Assembly (NCBI GenBank): GCA_002269645.1
Contig: NIVC01000943.1
Location: 19,845 to 83,844, forward strand
DNA length: 64,000 nucleotides
Direction: 5' to 3'
From: Macrostomum lignano
Lineage: Eukaryota
The notes beneath the pieces were generated by a model. It had not been told where the DNA came from. It saw nothing but the letters and a program-made list of their open reading frames with translations, and did no database searches. How positions within the stretch are numbered: position 1 is the stretch's first letter; each line of letters starts with the position of its first letter. Shown here one piece after another: positions 13,432-27,100 of the stretch. Made by a program: the position numbers and the translations under genes.

Positions 13432-16400
13432 ATGTTTCGTGGAAGTAAATTTTCATCTCTTCTCAGAGCAGTTCAGTCTCAAGGTGTAAGTTTTCTAACT
13501 GGAAAAAAACTTGAAATGTTTGATACATATTTTGTGCTTTAATAAAATATATGATTTCAGTCAATTCAAATACATTTTTGGATTGTGTTAATTCAGTATA
13601 GGTCAACCATTATAGGCCTATGTTGACCAAAATAAAAAATTCCAAGTTTTGAAGATTTATAACATTTTTATCTCTTGTTCTACCAATGTAAAAGTTTATT
13701 ATCAAAGCAGTACAGTAGTCTTAGTTTTAATATTAAGGTCTAAAGAAAATTAAAAATGCTTAGCCTATTATCAAATATTAATATTAGGCCTAGGCCCTTT
13801 AACACTTATTTTTATTATATTTTTAAAATTCAAAAGTAGCCTTAATAGGTCTATGCAAAATGAATTTGCAATTGCATAACAATTTATTTAATATTTGGTA
13901 AGTATCTATAATCTGAGTTCACTTATAAATTTGTTTATAAAAAATAGATAAATACTATTTTACTATATTATAGCTATATTATATAGCTTGGAAGGTGGGT
14001 AATGGACCAAGGTGGCCACAGACCAATGTAGCCACAAGGCAAAGCCTACTTCTTATTGGTTTTGGAGGGAGAGAAAGGGTAGGGTATGGGAATAGAAGCT
14101 CTCTTACCAATCTCCCCCCAGGCCCCATCTCAACTTTCCCACTTCATATTTGCCTAACTGTCCAATAAAAATTTCCAAAAGTGAATTTTCTATTGAAATC
14201 AAAATTGAAATCCAAATTTACTACTTTTTGAAATAAAAATAAAAATAGAAATTTTCCAAAATCAAAATTTAGAAAAACAATGCTTAGCGTAACCAACACT
14301 CACTTTTTACTTTTGATTTACTGCTCAAACAAAACAAAATATATGTATATATAGCAGAAATTAGTTTATTTTCAGTCACTAAATAAGCAGGGCCTAGAAT
14401 CCCTCATTGTCACTTTGAATGCAAAAACTTTTTTCAATACAGAAACTATGTATACTCCTTGCCATGCTCCTAGTTTGTATGCCATGTACATATAAAGTAG
14501 TCTTGGTATATAGTAGTGGTAACTGTATAAAAAGGATAATTCAAAAAATACTTCCAGGACTCAGGCAAGAGATTCAGCTACATCCTACATGTACATATTA
14601 TGTATATATTGAAAAAGATGAATGCATTATCATGCCGTTACAATATCATGTAAGCAAGTGTACTAGTGGTAACTTCTTCCCTACAAATGATTCCCCAGCT
14701 GTCACTAAAGTTGTGCTAGGCCTTTCAGCTCTCTCTAGAAAATCTCAACCGCTGACACCAAGCTGTGCTAGTGGTGTTTCCTATACACTGAGAATCCCAC
14801 CGCTGAGACACCAAGCTGTGCTAGGCCTCTTGGCTCTGTCTTATAAAGTCCTAATTCTGAGCCTCTGCCTAGTCCTTATCTTGCCACCAAGTTGTCACAG
14901 GGGTGTCTCCTTTTACTGAAATTGTCAAAGGGCTAAACTTCCTACACTAATCTTTAAGTTGGTAGCTGCCACCAGGATTATCCTATTAATAAATTATGAG
15001 TTTATCAATCTTAGAATAATCCGAGAAATGTTTCTTAGAATTGATCTGAGTATATATCTTAGTATTTAGTCTGAGTATTTAATCTGAGTATTTAGTCTGA
15101 GTATTTAATCTGAGTATTTAGTCTGAGTATATTGTTCTTAGAATATTATTTAGCCCTTACAATTGTTATCGTTCTCCTGTTATTCCGGTAGCATTTACTA
15201 TTGTTCTAGTAGCGTTTATTATTATTCTGGCCTGAGTGGTCTATTGGCTATACTGGTATATGTATTTCATGTACTTTGCAAGTCCTTGGGCGTTACCGAG
15301 ATCAGAGGGTCACAGCCTCGGGTTATTCTTACACTTATACTTTGGAACTACTTTGTATTTCTTACTACTCAATTCTCTCCCTCTCAGTTGTATATACTGT
15401 ATATATTCTCGTCTACTTCACTCTTATGTCTGCAAATGAATAACTCGGAAAACGGCTCCTCTTATATTTATTTGGAACACTCCTTTCTTTCTATGCTCAC
15501 TTCTTTCATAGGAACTGCACGAAAGCAAGTTGCTCTCTCTTCGGCTCTGATCGCGTCTATTTATACTAAATTATTCTATTGTTTTAAACAAAAATTAATT
15601 CGCAAAAATATTTTGGAAAACACGTACATTAAAACAAATTGTTTGCTTAGTATTTTGGCACGAGTTTAAAAGTATTGAATCATAAAAAATATAGATCGCC
15701 CTGCACACAAGCAATAATTATACATGTATAAATCAATGCATGACTAGCACTAATCATAATTGTATAAACTGTATTGCATGTACATGTATATATATATACT
15801 ATAATATACACAAAATATACAATATATCAGCAAATGCTTTTACAACTCTTTAAAGTTCTACAAAATTTTACAAAAAATTTTAGTTCCAAATTCCAAAAAA
15901 CTACATATATACACTTACATTTATAAAAAAAGTTTTATCCAAAATTTTGACTTTTGAATTTTTTTTAAAATCAAAGTTTGCTCTAAAAATTCTGAATTTT
16001 GAAAAATCAAAATGGAAATTGAAATTTTGGAACATCTCTATTATCCAGTTTTGGATAGCTTTTGAATAGTAACCAATGCATACTACTAGCAATATATAGA
16101 TAGTTATTGTGAAACTAATGATGGACTGAATGTAGATTTTTGCAAGGTTCCAAAACCCAAATCCAAATGTACAAAAAAAATCCGAATCTAAATCATAATA
16201 TCTGAGTATGTTTCTGAATATAGAAAAAAATAAAAGGTAAATGACAAAAGTAACTATGACACTTTTCAGTCACAAAAATGCCTCATCATCTAATTAGTAA
16301 TTGTATTAGTGGTGTACTATATTAATTTACTAACAAGATTCAATTTATCTCTGGCTTATATAATACTAAATCTATCTAGTATCTGAATTGAATTGAACTT

Positions 16401-19400
16401 AGAATTGAACTTGATTCATATATATCTAATTTAACTAATTTTTTCAATTACTAATACTAGAACTGACATTATATTTGTGCAATTTTATAACTTTACCATG
16501 TACAGTGCACATTCAAAAGTCCATTGCATTTGCATTTTGAAAAAAAACAAAGTAATGATTACACTTAAACAATGATTACCTTAAAATGTTTCTGCAACTT
16601 TAAGTTTAATGTCTCAAAGGGCCTGAAGTTAAGTAACTTTACTTATTAACACTTTTAAACATGTTACTGCAAAAACAAACAATTGTAGAAATGAACAATA
16701 TGACATTAAATTTTGCTGATCCATCTGATCCATCACTATGTGAAACACATTATTTTAAAACAAGATTTAAGATTGCAGGCTTTATTAGGAGGCATCGCTT
16801 ATCTCTTATCTCTTACAATTTAAAGGTCAATTTCATAGGCATCTAAGCTATTGGAGGTCAAAACCTTAACTTGATTGTCTATTAAGTTAAAGTTTAATTA
16901 AGCTGTTAACCTGTAGACAGGCAGGCAGCACCACATCTTGCAGTGCTGTATCACCCTATCCTTTGCCTTGGCAGCCAGGGTGTCAGAGGTTGCATAGTGG
17001 AGCAAGATCAGTGGGATAGCCGGGTGGTGCAGTACACTGGCAAGTTTGTTGGTGCCTATACCAAGGATTAGAGGAGAAAGGATTGAGAGATGAGAGAATA
17101 GAATAGAATAGAAGAGATAAGAAAGAAAAGAGGAAAAAAGAAAGGAGTGACAATATAGAAGTGGTATGAGAATAGAGAAGTAGGAAGAGATCAGAAGAGA
17201 GAAAACACAATACATGATAGATAAGAAAGGAAAGAGAAGAGATACATATAACAGGAGAGAGGATATAGAAAAGAAGAGTGTGGGTTAGAAGAGATAATAG
17301 AACAGAGAAGTTTCAATGGACTTTAGTGACAGAGAAGATAAGCAGAGGCCAGTGACATATGCGTTAGATATCTAGAAGACTTTGCACGCCTGTCATTCTA
17401 TATAGCATCCCAGCATCCCAGCTGCTGATAAGATCAATGCTTGCCTCTAATTCTAATTTAACATGAATTCACTCTACTTTTTGTTTACCTCTATCTTATT
17501 GGCTTATAAGCTTTTGTATGAGTATGACTTCAGATTTAAGAATGCATGCAAAAATAGTTCTGATGATTAGAATTCAATAGGTTCAAAATCTATGCATTTC
17601 AATAGCTTGTATTCATATAAAGCAAAGTACTTCAATTCCATTAAATGATTGATATATTTTCACTGCATATCAAATGAGTTCTGATAATAGATTTAGTACC
17701 CTCTTTAAATTTGTTAGAACTTGTTAAATATACAATGTGAAAATCTCAATTAGGTCAGTCAGGTCAAGAAAATTACTAGTGCCCAATGCAATGATGCACA
17801 TATTGCTATCAGTAACATAAATAGTTTCATCTGAAAAAAATTAAAGTTAAACTTGAGGGACATACACAATGGTCCTCTCTTTGTCTCTATACTCTAGGAG
17901 CTACAATAGAACAGCCAATAGTCATTGAGGGAGTTGATAGCTTCATGGACCAATTAGAGCTGTGGCCACCTTAGTGTGTGGCCACCTTAGACATGTGCCA
18001 GAAGGTGACATGTACGCTGGGATTTCCTGGCATACAATGAGGGTATTTGCCATTTTCAGCATATATATATATATAGGCATACATCTGATTACAAGTGTAC
18101 AGGACATACTAAAAAAAATTCCACTTATATCTATGCATACATGTGTGTATTTTAGGATTAAATAAAGTAACTTTACATAAGATATGCTATATCCAACACT
18201 GTCAACAACATAGAACACATGAAATAAAAAATATTTTTAAACTTCCTGCCAAAAAAATTTTCCTCAATTTTTAGCAAATAAAAAGTTTTTAAAATATTTT
18301 ATATAATTGTCTTTCTCAGTATATGTTGCAAAAGTGCATAATTTTCAAGTTTGTTATTATGCGCAAATAAGGAATTCAAGAATGAAAAAATTGTACAATT
18401 TCAGCATGCATAAAAAAACATTTTTTGCCCTGGCATACAAATGTGTTCCTGTACTTTTTCTCCCACCAGACCTGGCATACACAGTCCAAACCTTGGTAGC
18501 TATAGTTATGGTAAAATTTAGGGTGGCACTTTTTGAGCCAAATTTGATTAGATTTCAGCTATAGAGTTCTTGCCTAGTGGCAGTTATAGTTAAAGATCAT
18601 GGAGATTTGGAGCACCTTATATAATTTCCCCTAATAATATAAATCTTATATTAAATTCTTGTTGAATCACAAAAAATCCTTGCTAGAACATTTTATTCTG
18701 ATTTGCTTTGTCAGAAAGTTATTATTGAAATCTTATTCTTACCCTTATTTTGCTTAATCAGCATTAATGATTCATACTGATCCACTGATACATAGTAACA
18801 GCTCTCCAATACCGCCTCATCAACACTCCAGGATGCATTCTCACAGGCCAAGCGGCTGTTCTCTATTCACGAATACATGGCCATGGGCCTGCTGCAGAAG
18901 AGCGGCATTGCTGTGCCAAAGTTTGGCGTGGCCAAGACCAGTGCCCAGGTCTACCAGATGGCTCAGGATCTGGGTGAGCTGCCTCTGGGGTTGATTGGCT
19001 CTGCGAATTCTTAAATGTATTATTGTGCTCTTTTACTAAATGCATCTCTGCCGCTGCTGCCCTCCCATTTCTCAGTGGACTCGCAGACATGTAATGCAAA
19101 ATGTTTCCAGTTGGTTACTGCTGTGATTGTTTGTTGTTTTGCACTAGTTAGTTTTTTCGTTTCAATGCTTGTGCCATTGGATTTTTGTGTGTTTAGTAAC
19201 TACCTAGGAATATTTTTATGTGAGTTGCTTTCGCTTCTCTTACCCGTTTTAATGCAAGCGCTAATTGCTGCAATAGTTTGATCTGAAGCAGTAAGTGGAG
19301 CTTTATGAGACAGTTAAGTCTGATGAACATGCTTTGTTTAGGAAACAGGAAAATGTGTGGTGACAACCAATCAGAGAGCTGGTATGGTGGCATGTGGCAA

Positions 19401-22400
19401 CCAATCAGACAGCTAATATGGTGGCAACCAATCAGAGAGCTGACATGGTGGCAACCAATCAGAGAGCTGGTATGGTGGCAACCAATCAGAGAGCTGATAT
19501 GGTGGCAACCAATCAGAGAGCTGATATGGTGGCAACCAATCAGAGAGCTGATATGGTGGCAACCAATCAGAGAGCTGGTATGCTGGTAACCAATCAGAGA
19601 GCTAGTATGGTGACAACCAATCAGAGAGCTAGTATGGTGACAACCAATCAGAGAGCTCGTATGGTGGCAACCAATCAAAAGGCTGGTTTGGTGACAACCA
19701 ATCAGAGAGCTAGTATGGTGGCAACCAATCAGAGAGCTAGTATGGTGGCAACCAATCAGAGAGCTGGTATGGTGGCAACCAATCAGAGCTAGTATGGTGG
19801 CAACCAATCAGAGAGCTAGTATGGTGACAACCAATCAGAGAGCTCGTATGGTGGCAACCAATCAAAAGGCTGGTTTGGTGACAACCAATCAGAGAGCTAG
19901 TATGGTGGCAACCAATCAGAGAGCTAGTATGGTGGCAACCAATCAGAGAGCTGGTATGGTGGCAACCAATCAGAGAGCTAGTATGCTGGTAACCAATCAG
20001 ACACAAGCAGTTATATTTGCAGAAGGGCTGTAGGCACCCTGGCGCAACGCCTTCGGCGAAAGCGTCCCACAAACAGCGCTAAGCAATTCTTTCCTTTCCC
20101 CTGACTCCTGAGAGCATACAAGTGCACGGATATTTTACAAATCTGTAACATCTGTGACTACCTGTAATTTGTAGAGCACACCCGTTTTCGTTTAGCATTT
20201 ACCTACTAGATCATATGTTGTGAATTATATTTTTAATTTCCATAAATTGGACCAAACTAAAGATACTACTGACTTTGTTATTAATAAGTAGTAATCTGTA
20301 CGCTTAACAGAAAAAAGCTTAAATAAATTTTGCAAATAATTTTTGTATCACATCTAACCATTGACTAATGATATGCTCAGTGCCTACTGATGTGAGTAGT
20401 TTAAATGTGCATTGAGCTTAAACTAACTCTCATAAATGGCAGCGTGCGCAATTGCCAACAGACCATAAATCTTCTACATCGTTCAAGCAGCAAAACGTAA
20501 TCATTAGTAATCGTAGGCAATCAAGGCCCATTCCCCTTGAGCCCGCACTCACTCGGGTGTATATGTACAGCGTCTACTGATAGTAGTCTCTGTGCCTTGA
20601 TCACCGGGTTGGTCGTTGGTTGCTCTCGCGGGCGAGGACCGCCCAACAAGCTCCAGGCCAATAGTCAGCGGAACGGGCACTGGCTGAAGCCCCCCTGGGA
20701 CTATCCAAAGCCCCTGGGACTGGCCGAAGCCCTCTGGGACTGACCGAAGCCCCCTGGGACTGGCCGAAGCCCCCTGGGACTGGCCGAAATCCCCTGCGAC
20801 TAGCCGAAGCCCCCTGGGACTGGCCGAAGCCCCCTGGGACTGGCCGAAGCCCCCTTGGGACTGGCCGAAGCCCCCTGCGACTGGCCGAAGCCCCCTGGGA
20901 CTGGCCGAAGCCCCCTGGGACTGGCCGAAGCCCCCTTGGGACTGGCCGAAGCCCCCTGGGACTGGCCGAAGCCCCCTGGGACTGGCCGAAGCCCCCTGGG
21001 ACTGGCAAGCAGCACCACCGCCTTCAACTGATCCCCTCGCACCCCTCCTCCCTTCCGGCTAGCCAAAGACCAGAAGCAGGGCGACGTGGTGGTGAAGGCC
21101 CAGGTGCTGGCCGGAGGCCGCGGCAAAGGCTTCTGGAACAGCGGCCTGAAGGGCGGCGTGAAGATCGTCTTCAATCCCGAGGAGGCTCGCGACGTGTCCT
21201 CAAAGATGCTGGGCCACAAGATCTTCACCAAGCAGACTGGCGATGCCGGCCAGACCTGCTCCACCGTGATGGTGTGCGAGCGCAAGTACTCCAGACGGGA
21301 GTTCTACTTCGCCATCACCATGGACAGGAAGCACCGCGGCCCGGTGCTCATCGGCAGCTCGCAGGGCGGCGTCAACATCGAGCAGGTCGCCAAGGAGAAT
21401 CCCGAGGCCATCATCGCTGTGCCGGTGGACATCGAGACCGGCATCACTGAGGAGGTCGCCACCGAGATGGCCAAGAAAATCGGCTTCACTGGCGACAAGC
21501 AGAGCAAGGAGGCCGGCCAGTACATCGTGAAGATGTACGACTTGTTCATCAAGTCCGACGCCACGCTTATTGAGATTAACCCCATTGCTGAGGACACCGA
21601 GGGCAGGGGTAAGTCAGCGGCTTGGGCCTTCTGAGTTCCCTTTTATAGGCATCTTCTGATCTACCTTCCTGATCTCACCTCACTAATCTCCCCTCCCCCG
21701 ATCTCCCCTCCCAATCTCCCCTCTCCGATCTCTCCTCCCCAATCTCCCCTCTCCGATCTCTCCTCCCCAATCTCCCCTCCCTGATCGCCCCTCCCTGATC
21801 TCCCCTCCTCAATCTCCCCTCTCCAATCCCCTCCCGATCTCCCCTCCCCAATCTCCCCTCGCTGATCTCCCCTCCCCAATCTCCCCTCGCTGATCTCCCC
21901 TCCCCAATCTCCCCTCGCTGATCTCCCCTCCCCAATCTCCCCTCGCTGATCTCCCCTCCCCAATCTCCCCTCGCTGATCTCCCCTCCCCAATCTCCCCTC
22001 GCTGATCTCCCCTCCCCAATCTCCCCTCGCTGATCTCCCCTCCCCAATCTCCCCTCTCCAATCCCCTCCCGATCTCCCCTCCCGATCTCCCCTCCCCATT
22101 CTCCCCTTTCCCATCTCTCCTCCCCATTCTCCCCTCCCCAATCTCCCCTCGCTGATCTCCCCTCCCCAATCTCCCCTCGCTGATCTCTCCTCCCTGATCT
22201 TCCCTCCTTGGTTGCACTTCAACTCCCCTCACACCTGAGTTGCCGCCGCCCGCTGGCCCGCAGTTCTGTGCATGGACTGCAAGATGAACTTCGACGCCAA
22301 TTCGGAGTTCCGCCAGCCGGAGATTTTCTCCCTGCGCGACTGGAGCCAGGAAGACGAGCGCGACGTCGCCGCCGAGAAGGCCGGCCTGAACTACATTGCC

Positions 22401-24338
22401 CTGGATGGCAACATCGGCTGCCTGGTGAACGGCGCGGGCCTGGCCATGGCCACCATGGACATCATCAAGCTGCACGGCGGCTCCCCCGCCAACTTCCTGG
22501 ACGTTGGCGGTGGCGCCACGGCCAATCAGGTGGGTAGCCTGGTGGATAGGGGTGGGAATTCAGGCAGGGTAGAAGGGAATTCAGGCAGGATAAGGGAAAA
22601 TTCAGACAGGGTAGAAGGGAATTCAGGCATGGTATGCTAGAGGGGAATTCAGACAGGGCATGCTAGAGGGGAATTCAGACAGGGTAAATAATTTAGGTAG
22701 GGTAGAGGGAAATTCAGGCAGGTTAGAGGGGAATTCAGACAGGGTAAAGGGGAATTCAGACAGGGTAGAGGGGAATTCAGGCAGGTTAAAGGGGAATTCA
22801 GACAGGGTATATATAAAGAAAGCGCTGCCGTCACAGGTCACGGAGGCCTTCCGCATCATCACAAGCGACCCGGCGGTGAACGCCATCCTGGTGAACATCT
22901 TTGGCGGCATCATGCGCTGCGACGTGATCGCCCAGGGCATCATCACGGCCGCCAAGGAGCTGAAGCTGCGCATGCCCATCGTGGTGCGGCTGCAGGGCAC
23001 CCAGGTGGAGGACGCCAAGGCGCTGATCTCCTCCAGCGGCATGCGCATTCTCGCCTGCGACAACCTCGACGACGCCGCCCAGATGGTGAGCTGCCGAGTA
23101 GCGCATTGGGGGGATGCTCAAATATTTATCAATAAAATTACTCCAGAGGCTGTCGATAATTGCAGCGCAATCCTTGGCATTGTTGCCGAGCGCCCAGTTC
23201 GATCCCCGCGTGTTGCCAGGGCCCGCTGTTTAATTATTTACCTAAGCCCAATCAATACCCGCCTCTCTTCTTTGCTCCGCCGCCGCCTCGCTACCCAACA
23301 CTGGCGTTCGTTTCCAGACTCGCCTGCCTCTCCATCGCTCAGTTGGTTTGGCACTCCAAACTCTCTCTTGTCTTGCCGTGCTTCAAGGGAGCCGTGGGCC
23401 AGCAATCTGGAGCCAGACAGCAACTTCCCTCTCCAGTGTTACCAGATTCTGAGAAATCAAATCATTTTGTGTATTTTGCACGAGAACGATTGCAGCAGTG
23501 CAGTCGCTATTTGTCAGTTTCTTTGGGGTGAAACAGCTGTTTATAGCGTATTGGCATCTCAGAGTTGCTCAATCCAGATTCTGCCTCGATGTCTCCCCGG
23601 CTGCAGGCGGGAGCCCTGGAGGCCATGAATTATTTATTGATCCGGGCTCTGCCCTACTCAGCTCAAGGCGCCGCAGGAAAATATCGAATACCTGCAGAAG
23701 TAGCTGGAGTGCGACTTTAGGCAAGCTTTAATTAACCTGGCCAGGTGGACTGGCAGTTTCTGGCTCCTTGGGCTGGTTAGGGCTGCTGCACTTTAAATCA
23801 TATGAAAATGATCTTCCCGACTGCTTGGCTTCTGTTATTGTTACGATATCGCATACTGGCGAATTCTTTACGTAGCATTAAGCCTTTAAAGGACAGTCAT
23901 GTTACTCCTGCCGTTTACCAAAAGTTGTGGTAATTTTTGCTTTAGGGCTTCTTTCACAGGTAAGTCGCATTTTTGGTCAAAAATTAAGTCGCGTGGCCAG
24001 TGTAAATCAGGGGGGGTTGCGCATGTATGGTCTCAACAGAGCGAACCTCGGGCGCTCACTCGGGGTGCAGGCATGCGGAGCTGCTCGACGATAATTCCGT
24101 CTGACTCTCGTGCCGCCACCCCCGGTTCCATTCGAGCCGGGTACATGTCAGAGCGTGTACATGTCTGATGGCGCTGTGCACCCCGTGTGCTCAAGGCGGG
24201 CCAGCGGAATGGGCAGTATCTCAGCTGACTAACTAATACAAACCCCCCCCCACCCCGCCGCAGGTGGTGAAGCTGGCCAACATCGTGGTGCTCGCCAAGG
24301 ACGCCGCCGTGGACGTGAAATTTGAGCTGCCCATCTGA
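13432..24338 (+). CDS. SUCLA2: Succinyl-CoA ligase [ADP-forming] beta subunit, mitochondrial; exons 13432-13485, 18802-18973, 21063-21608, 22264-22529, 22837-23085, 24264-24338
   Basis: Motifs [68 protein letters not shown], and the C-terminus VDVKFELPI* typical of the ADP-forming paralog. All junctions are GT/AG with consistent phases (0,1,1,0,0). Exon 1 ([18 protein letters not shown]) looks like a mitochondrial transit peptide but is less certain than the other exons. Confidence 0.95.
19362..20000. repeat. 27-bp minisatellite (accaatcagagagctggtatggtggca), SUCLA2 intron 2
   Basis: Directly visible. One CCAAT per unit. Confidence 0.96.
20685..21006. repeat. 20-bp minisatellite (gccgaagccccctgggactg), SUCLA2 intron 2
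   Basis: Directly visible. Confidence 0.96.
21675..22205. repeat. 14/28-bp pyrimidine-rich minisatellite, SUCLA2 intron 3
   Basis: atctcccctcgctg / atctcccctcccca units. Confidence 0.95.
22545..22808. repeat. ~21-bp minisatellite (gggaattcagacagggtagag), SUCLA2 intron 4
   Basis: Directly visible. Confidence 0.92.
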
Positions 24339-24704
24339 GTCGCCTGTGTGCGCAATTGTGTCAGTTCACAATTGGAAATCAGAGCCTGTAAATTGGTGTG
24401 CTGGGCAGGCAGATCTGCATAGAAACTCTCCCTAGGACATCTTGACAATTCCTGTTTATTTATTTAGCCCATATTTTGTTAAATTAGTTGCAGTTTGTGT
24501 GCCTCCCAGAACCCCTGAAATCTGATACACGCAAAATTTTCTCCCTTCATCAGCACGGCTCGCCGCTTAACTCGCTGCATAGATTTTTATTTCACCTGCT
24601 GCCGCCCTCGTGCTAATTAGAGCCGGCAATAATTAGCGGTCTCTTGGCGGCCTGGGCCTTGAGGGGACTTCCGGTTTCTCTTACGGATAGATTGACAGGT
24701 ATTT

Positions 24705-25062
24705 AATTGATTGACAGGTGAGAAGCTAGGTACTAGATTGATTGACAGGTGAGAAGCTAGGTACTAGATTGATTGACAGGTGAGAAGCTAGGTACTAGAT
24801 TGATTGGCAGGTGAGAAGCTAGGTACTAGATTGATTGGCAGGTGAGAAGTTAGGTACTAGATTGATTGGCAGGTGAGAAGCTGGGTACTAGATTGATTGG
24901 CAGGTGAGAAGCTAGGTACTAGATTGATTGGCAGGTGAGAAGCTAGGTACTATATTGATTGACAGGTGTAAAGCTAGGTACTATATTGATTGACAGGTGA
25001 GAAGCTAGGTACTATATTGATTGACAGGTGTAAAGCTAGCTACTAGATTGATTGATTAACAG
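24705..25062. repeat. 31-bp tandem repeat (ttgacaggtgagaagctaggtactagattga)
   Basis: Units start at 24711, 24742, 24773 and so on. Confidence 0.96.
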
Positions 25063-25649
25063 GTGAGATATTAGAGTGTTTAGAAGGTGTACGGGAGTCC
25101 CCCCAAATGGCACGTAACGTCACGTGACCAGCAGTCGGCCAGTTTTCTGCCATTTCGTTTCCGTTATTTCTCTTCCCCTGCATCAGTTTTTTTTTCTGGC
25201 TCGACTCTTTCGGCAGGACGCGGGCCTGTAGAATATAACTAATGAATATAATATAAATATAAATTATTTGATTAGCTGACACAGATTGCCGCCACTGTGC
25301 TTGGCTGGCGCTGAAACTCGCCATCTAAACACTGACAACTGGCTTTCGCTGCTGCGTTTGTCTCGTGTTCTTTCGCTGCTTTGTAGGGGGGGGGGGTTCA
25401 CAAACTCGAAATTTCACAACGACGAAAGCAACTTCACAAGGTCGAACATTATGAGCTCGAAATTTCACAACGTAGAAAACTACTGCATGGTTCTTTTTAT
25501 AATAACTTTTCGACGTTGTGAAATGTCGAGCTTATGAAGTTTCGACCTTGTGAAAGTGGCTGCTATTCAAGTTGTTTTCGATGTTGTGAATTTTCGACCT
25601 TGTGAAAACACCCCCTTTTTAGCTGGCTTTGTTGTACTCGCCTTCATCT

Positions 25650-25940
25650 CTCCCCTCTCATCTCCTTTCTCTTCCTCTCCTCCCCTTTCTCTTCCTCTCC
25701 TCCCCTTTCTATTTCTCTTATCTCCCATCTATTCCCTCTCATCTCCTTTCTCTTCCTCATCTCCCTTCTCTTCCTCTCATCTCCCATCTCTCCCCTCTCA
25801 TCTCCTTTATCTTCCTCTCCTCTCCCTTCTCTTCCTCTCCTCTCCCTTCTCTTCCTCTCCTCTCCCTTCTCTTCCTCTTATCTCCCATCTCTCCCCTCTC
25901 ATTTTCTTTCTCTTCCTCATCTCATCTCTTCCCCTCCCTG
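25650..25940. repeat. CT-rich low-complexity tract
   Basis: Directly visible. Confidence 0.9.
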
Positions 25941-26394
25941 GTCCCCCTGAATCTCCCTGCGTATGCCGCGAAAAACAAGCGGGTTTTTCAGTTCTATTTG
26001 CCGTGTGCTCAGCCAAATGATGAAGCTGAGGGAGGGGCAGCATCCGGCCCGGCCGAGCTGCATGCCAATCAGGCAGACCAGGTGCGCTCAGCCTGTTTGA
26101 ATTGGGCGTGGCCCCGCATTGATGAACTCTAAAGCCGGGTCTGAGTGGCCCTGCAAGTCTGTTTGCATTCCATTCCGAGTCTCCGGGCAGGAAATTCCAG
26201 TGTATTAGTACAGTATATGGCTGATAATCCTCTTGTTTGAGTGCGACTGACTCCGCAATGCACTGGTGCAGTGCAAATCTTAGTCGATATTTCTAATATG
26301 CAAAGTCATGCGCCTCATTTATATTAGACAATACTAAGCAAGCTTTTTACATGGTATGTTTTGTGGTCACAAACTCTCATATGATTGTGTCGAC

Positions 26395-26752
26395 ACCTTG
26401 ATGAGATCGCTACCTTGATGATGTCGCCACCTTGAGGATGTCGCCACCTTGATGATGTCGCCACATTGAGGATGTCGCCACCTTGATGATGTCGCCACCT
26501 TGATGATGTCGCCACCTTGATGATGTCGCCACATTGAGGATGTCGCCACCTTGATGATGTCGCCACCTTGATGATGTCGCCACATTGAGGATGTCGCCAC
26601 CTTGATGATGTCGCCACCTTGATGATGTCGCCACCTTGATAATGTCGCCACATTGAGGATGTCGCCACCTTGAGGATTTCGTCATCAGCTTGATGATGTC
26701 GCCACCTTGATAATGTCGCCACATTGAGGATGTCGCCACCTTGATGATGTCG
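26395..26752. repeat. 18-bp minisatellite (ttgatgatgtcgccacct-type)
   Basis: Directly visible. Confidence 0.95.
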
Positions 26753-26770
26753 ATCTCAGACCCGGTTTGG

Positions 26771-26899
26771 TCACCACCAGGACCTGAAAACGTCGCCCAT
26801 GGCCAGGATGATGAAGATGGTGATGGCCATGGCCAGGCAGGTGATTATCGCGATGAAGATTTGAAACTTGGTCTCGCAGCAGCACTTGATCCAGGCCAT
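26771..26899 (-). CDS. Putative 42-aa single-pass membrane microprotein MAWIKCCCETKFQIFIAIITCLAMAITIFIILAMGDVFRSWW
   Basis: ATG at 26899, TGA at 26773-26771 (129 nt). Strongly GC3-biased codons like the verified exons, a Cys triplet and a ~22-aa hydrophobic run. Below the 60-aa cutoff of the ORF track. It may be spliced at its 3' end. Confidence 0.6.
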   Translation of the reverse strand: MAWIKCCCETKFQIFIAIITCLAMAITIFIILAMGDVFRSWW

Positions 26900-27059
26900 G
26901 ATGCAGCCAGCAGCCTCAGTGAGTCACAGGAGGCGCATTCTCTCTGCTCACCAGGCGCTCTTAGATAATGCTGGACGGAATGAAGTTCCAGCCAAGTTTG
27001 TGAAGGCGGCTTCGGAAGCAATCCATGCAGCCTGAGCTAATGCCGGACCGAGCTCGCGC

Positions 27060-27100
27060 TATTGGCCCGACGTCGCAGCCAATCAGGAAGCGGCTACTGC
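27060..27100 (-). promoter_or_regulatory. Compact promoter-like cluster (two CCAAT motifs, GACGTC, GGAAG) upstream of the 42-aa ORF
   Basis: ttggcccgacgtcgcagccaatcaggaagcgg, located just past the AT-rich AATAAA-containing 3' region of the Cys-rich gene. Motif match only. Confidence 0.35.

Noticed and set aside
14419-18564. AT-rich ORFs of 60-170 aa (e.g. 14419-14919, 15163-15669)
   Set aside because: They lie in SUCLA2 intron 1, are I/L/Y/F-biased as expected from AT-rich DNA, lack the GC3 bias of real exons and show no recognisable motifs.
22660-23628. 322-aa ORF as a separate gene
   Set aside because: It is SUCLA2 exon 5 plus read-through into the flanking introns.
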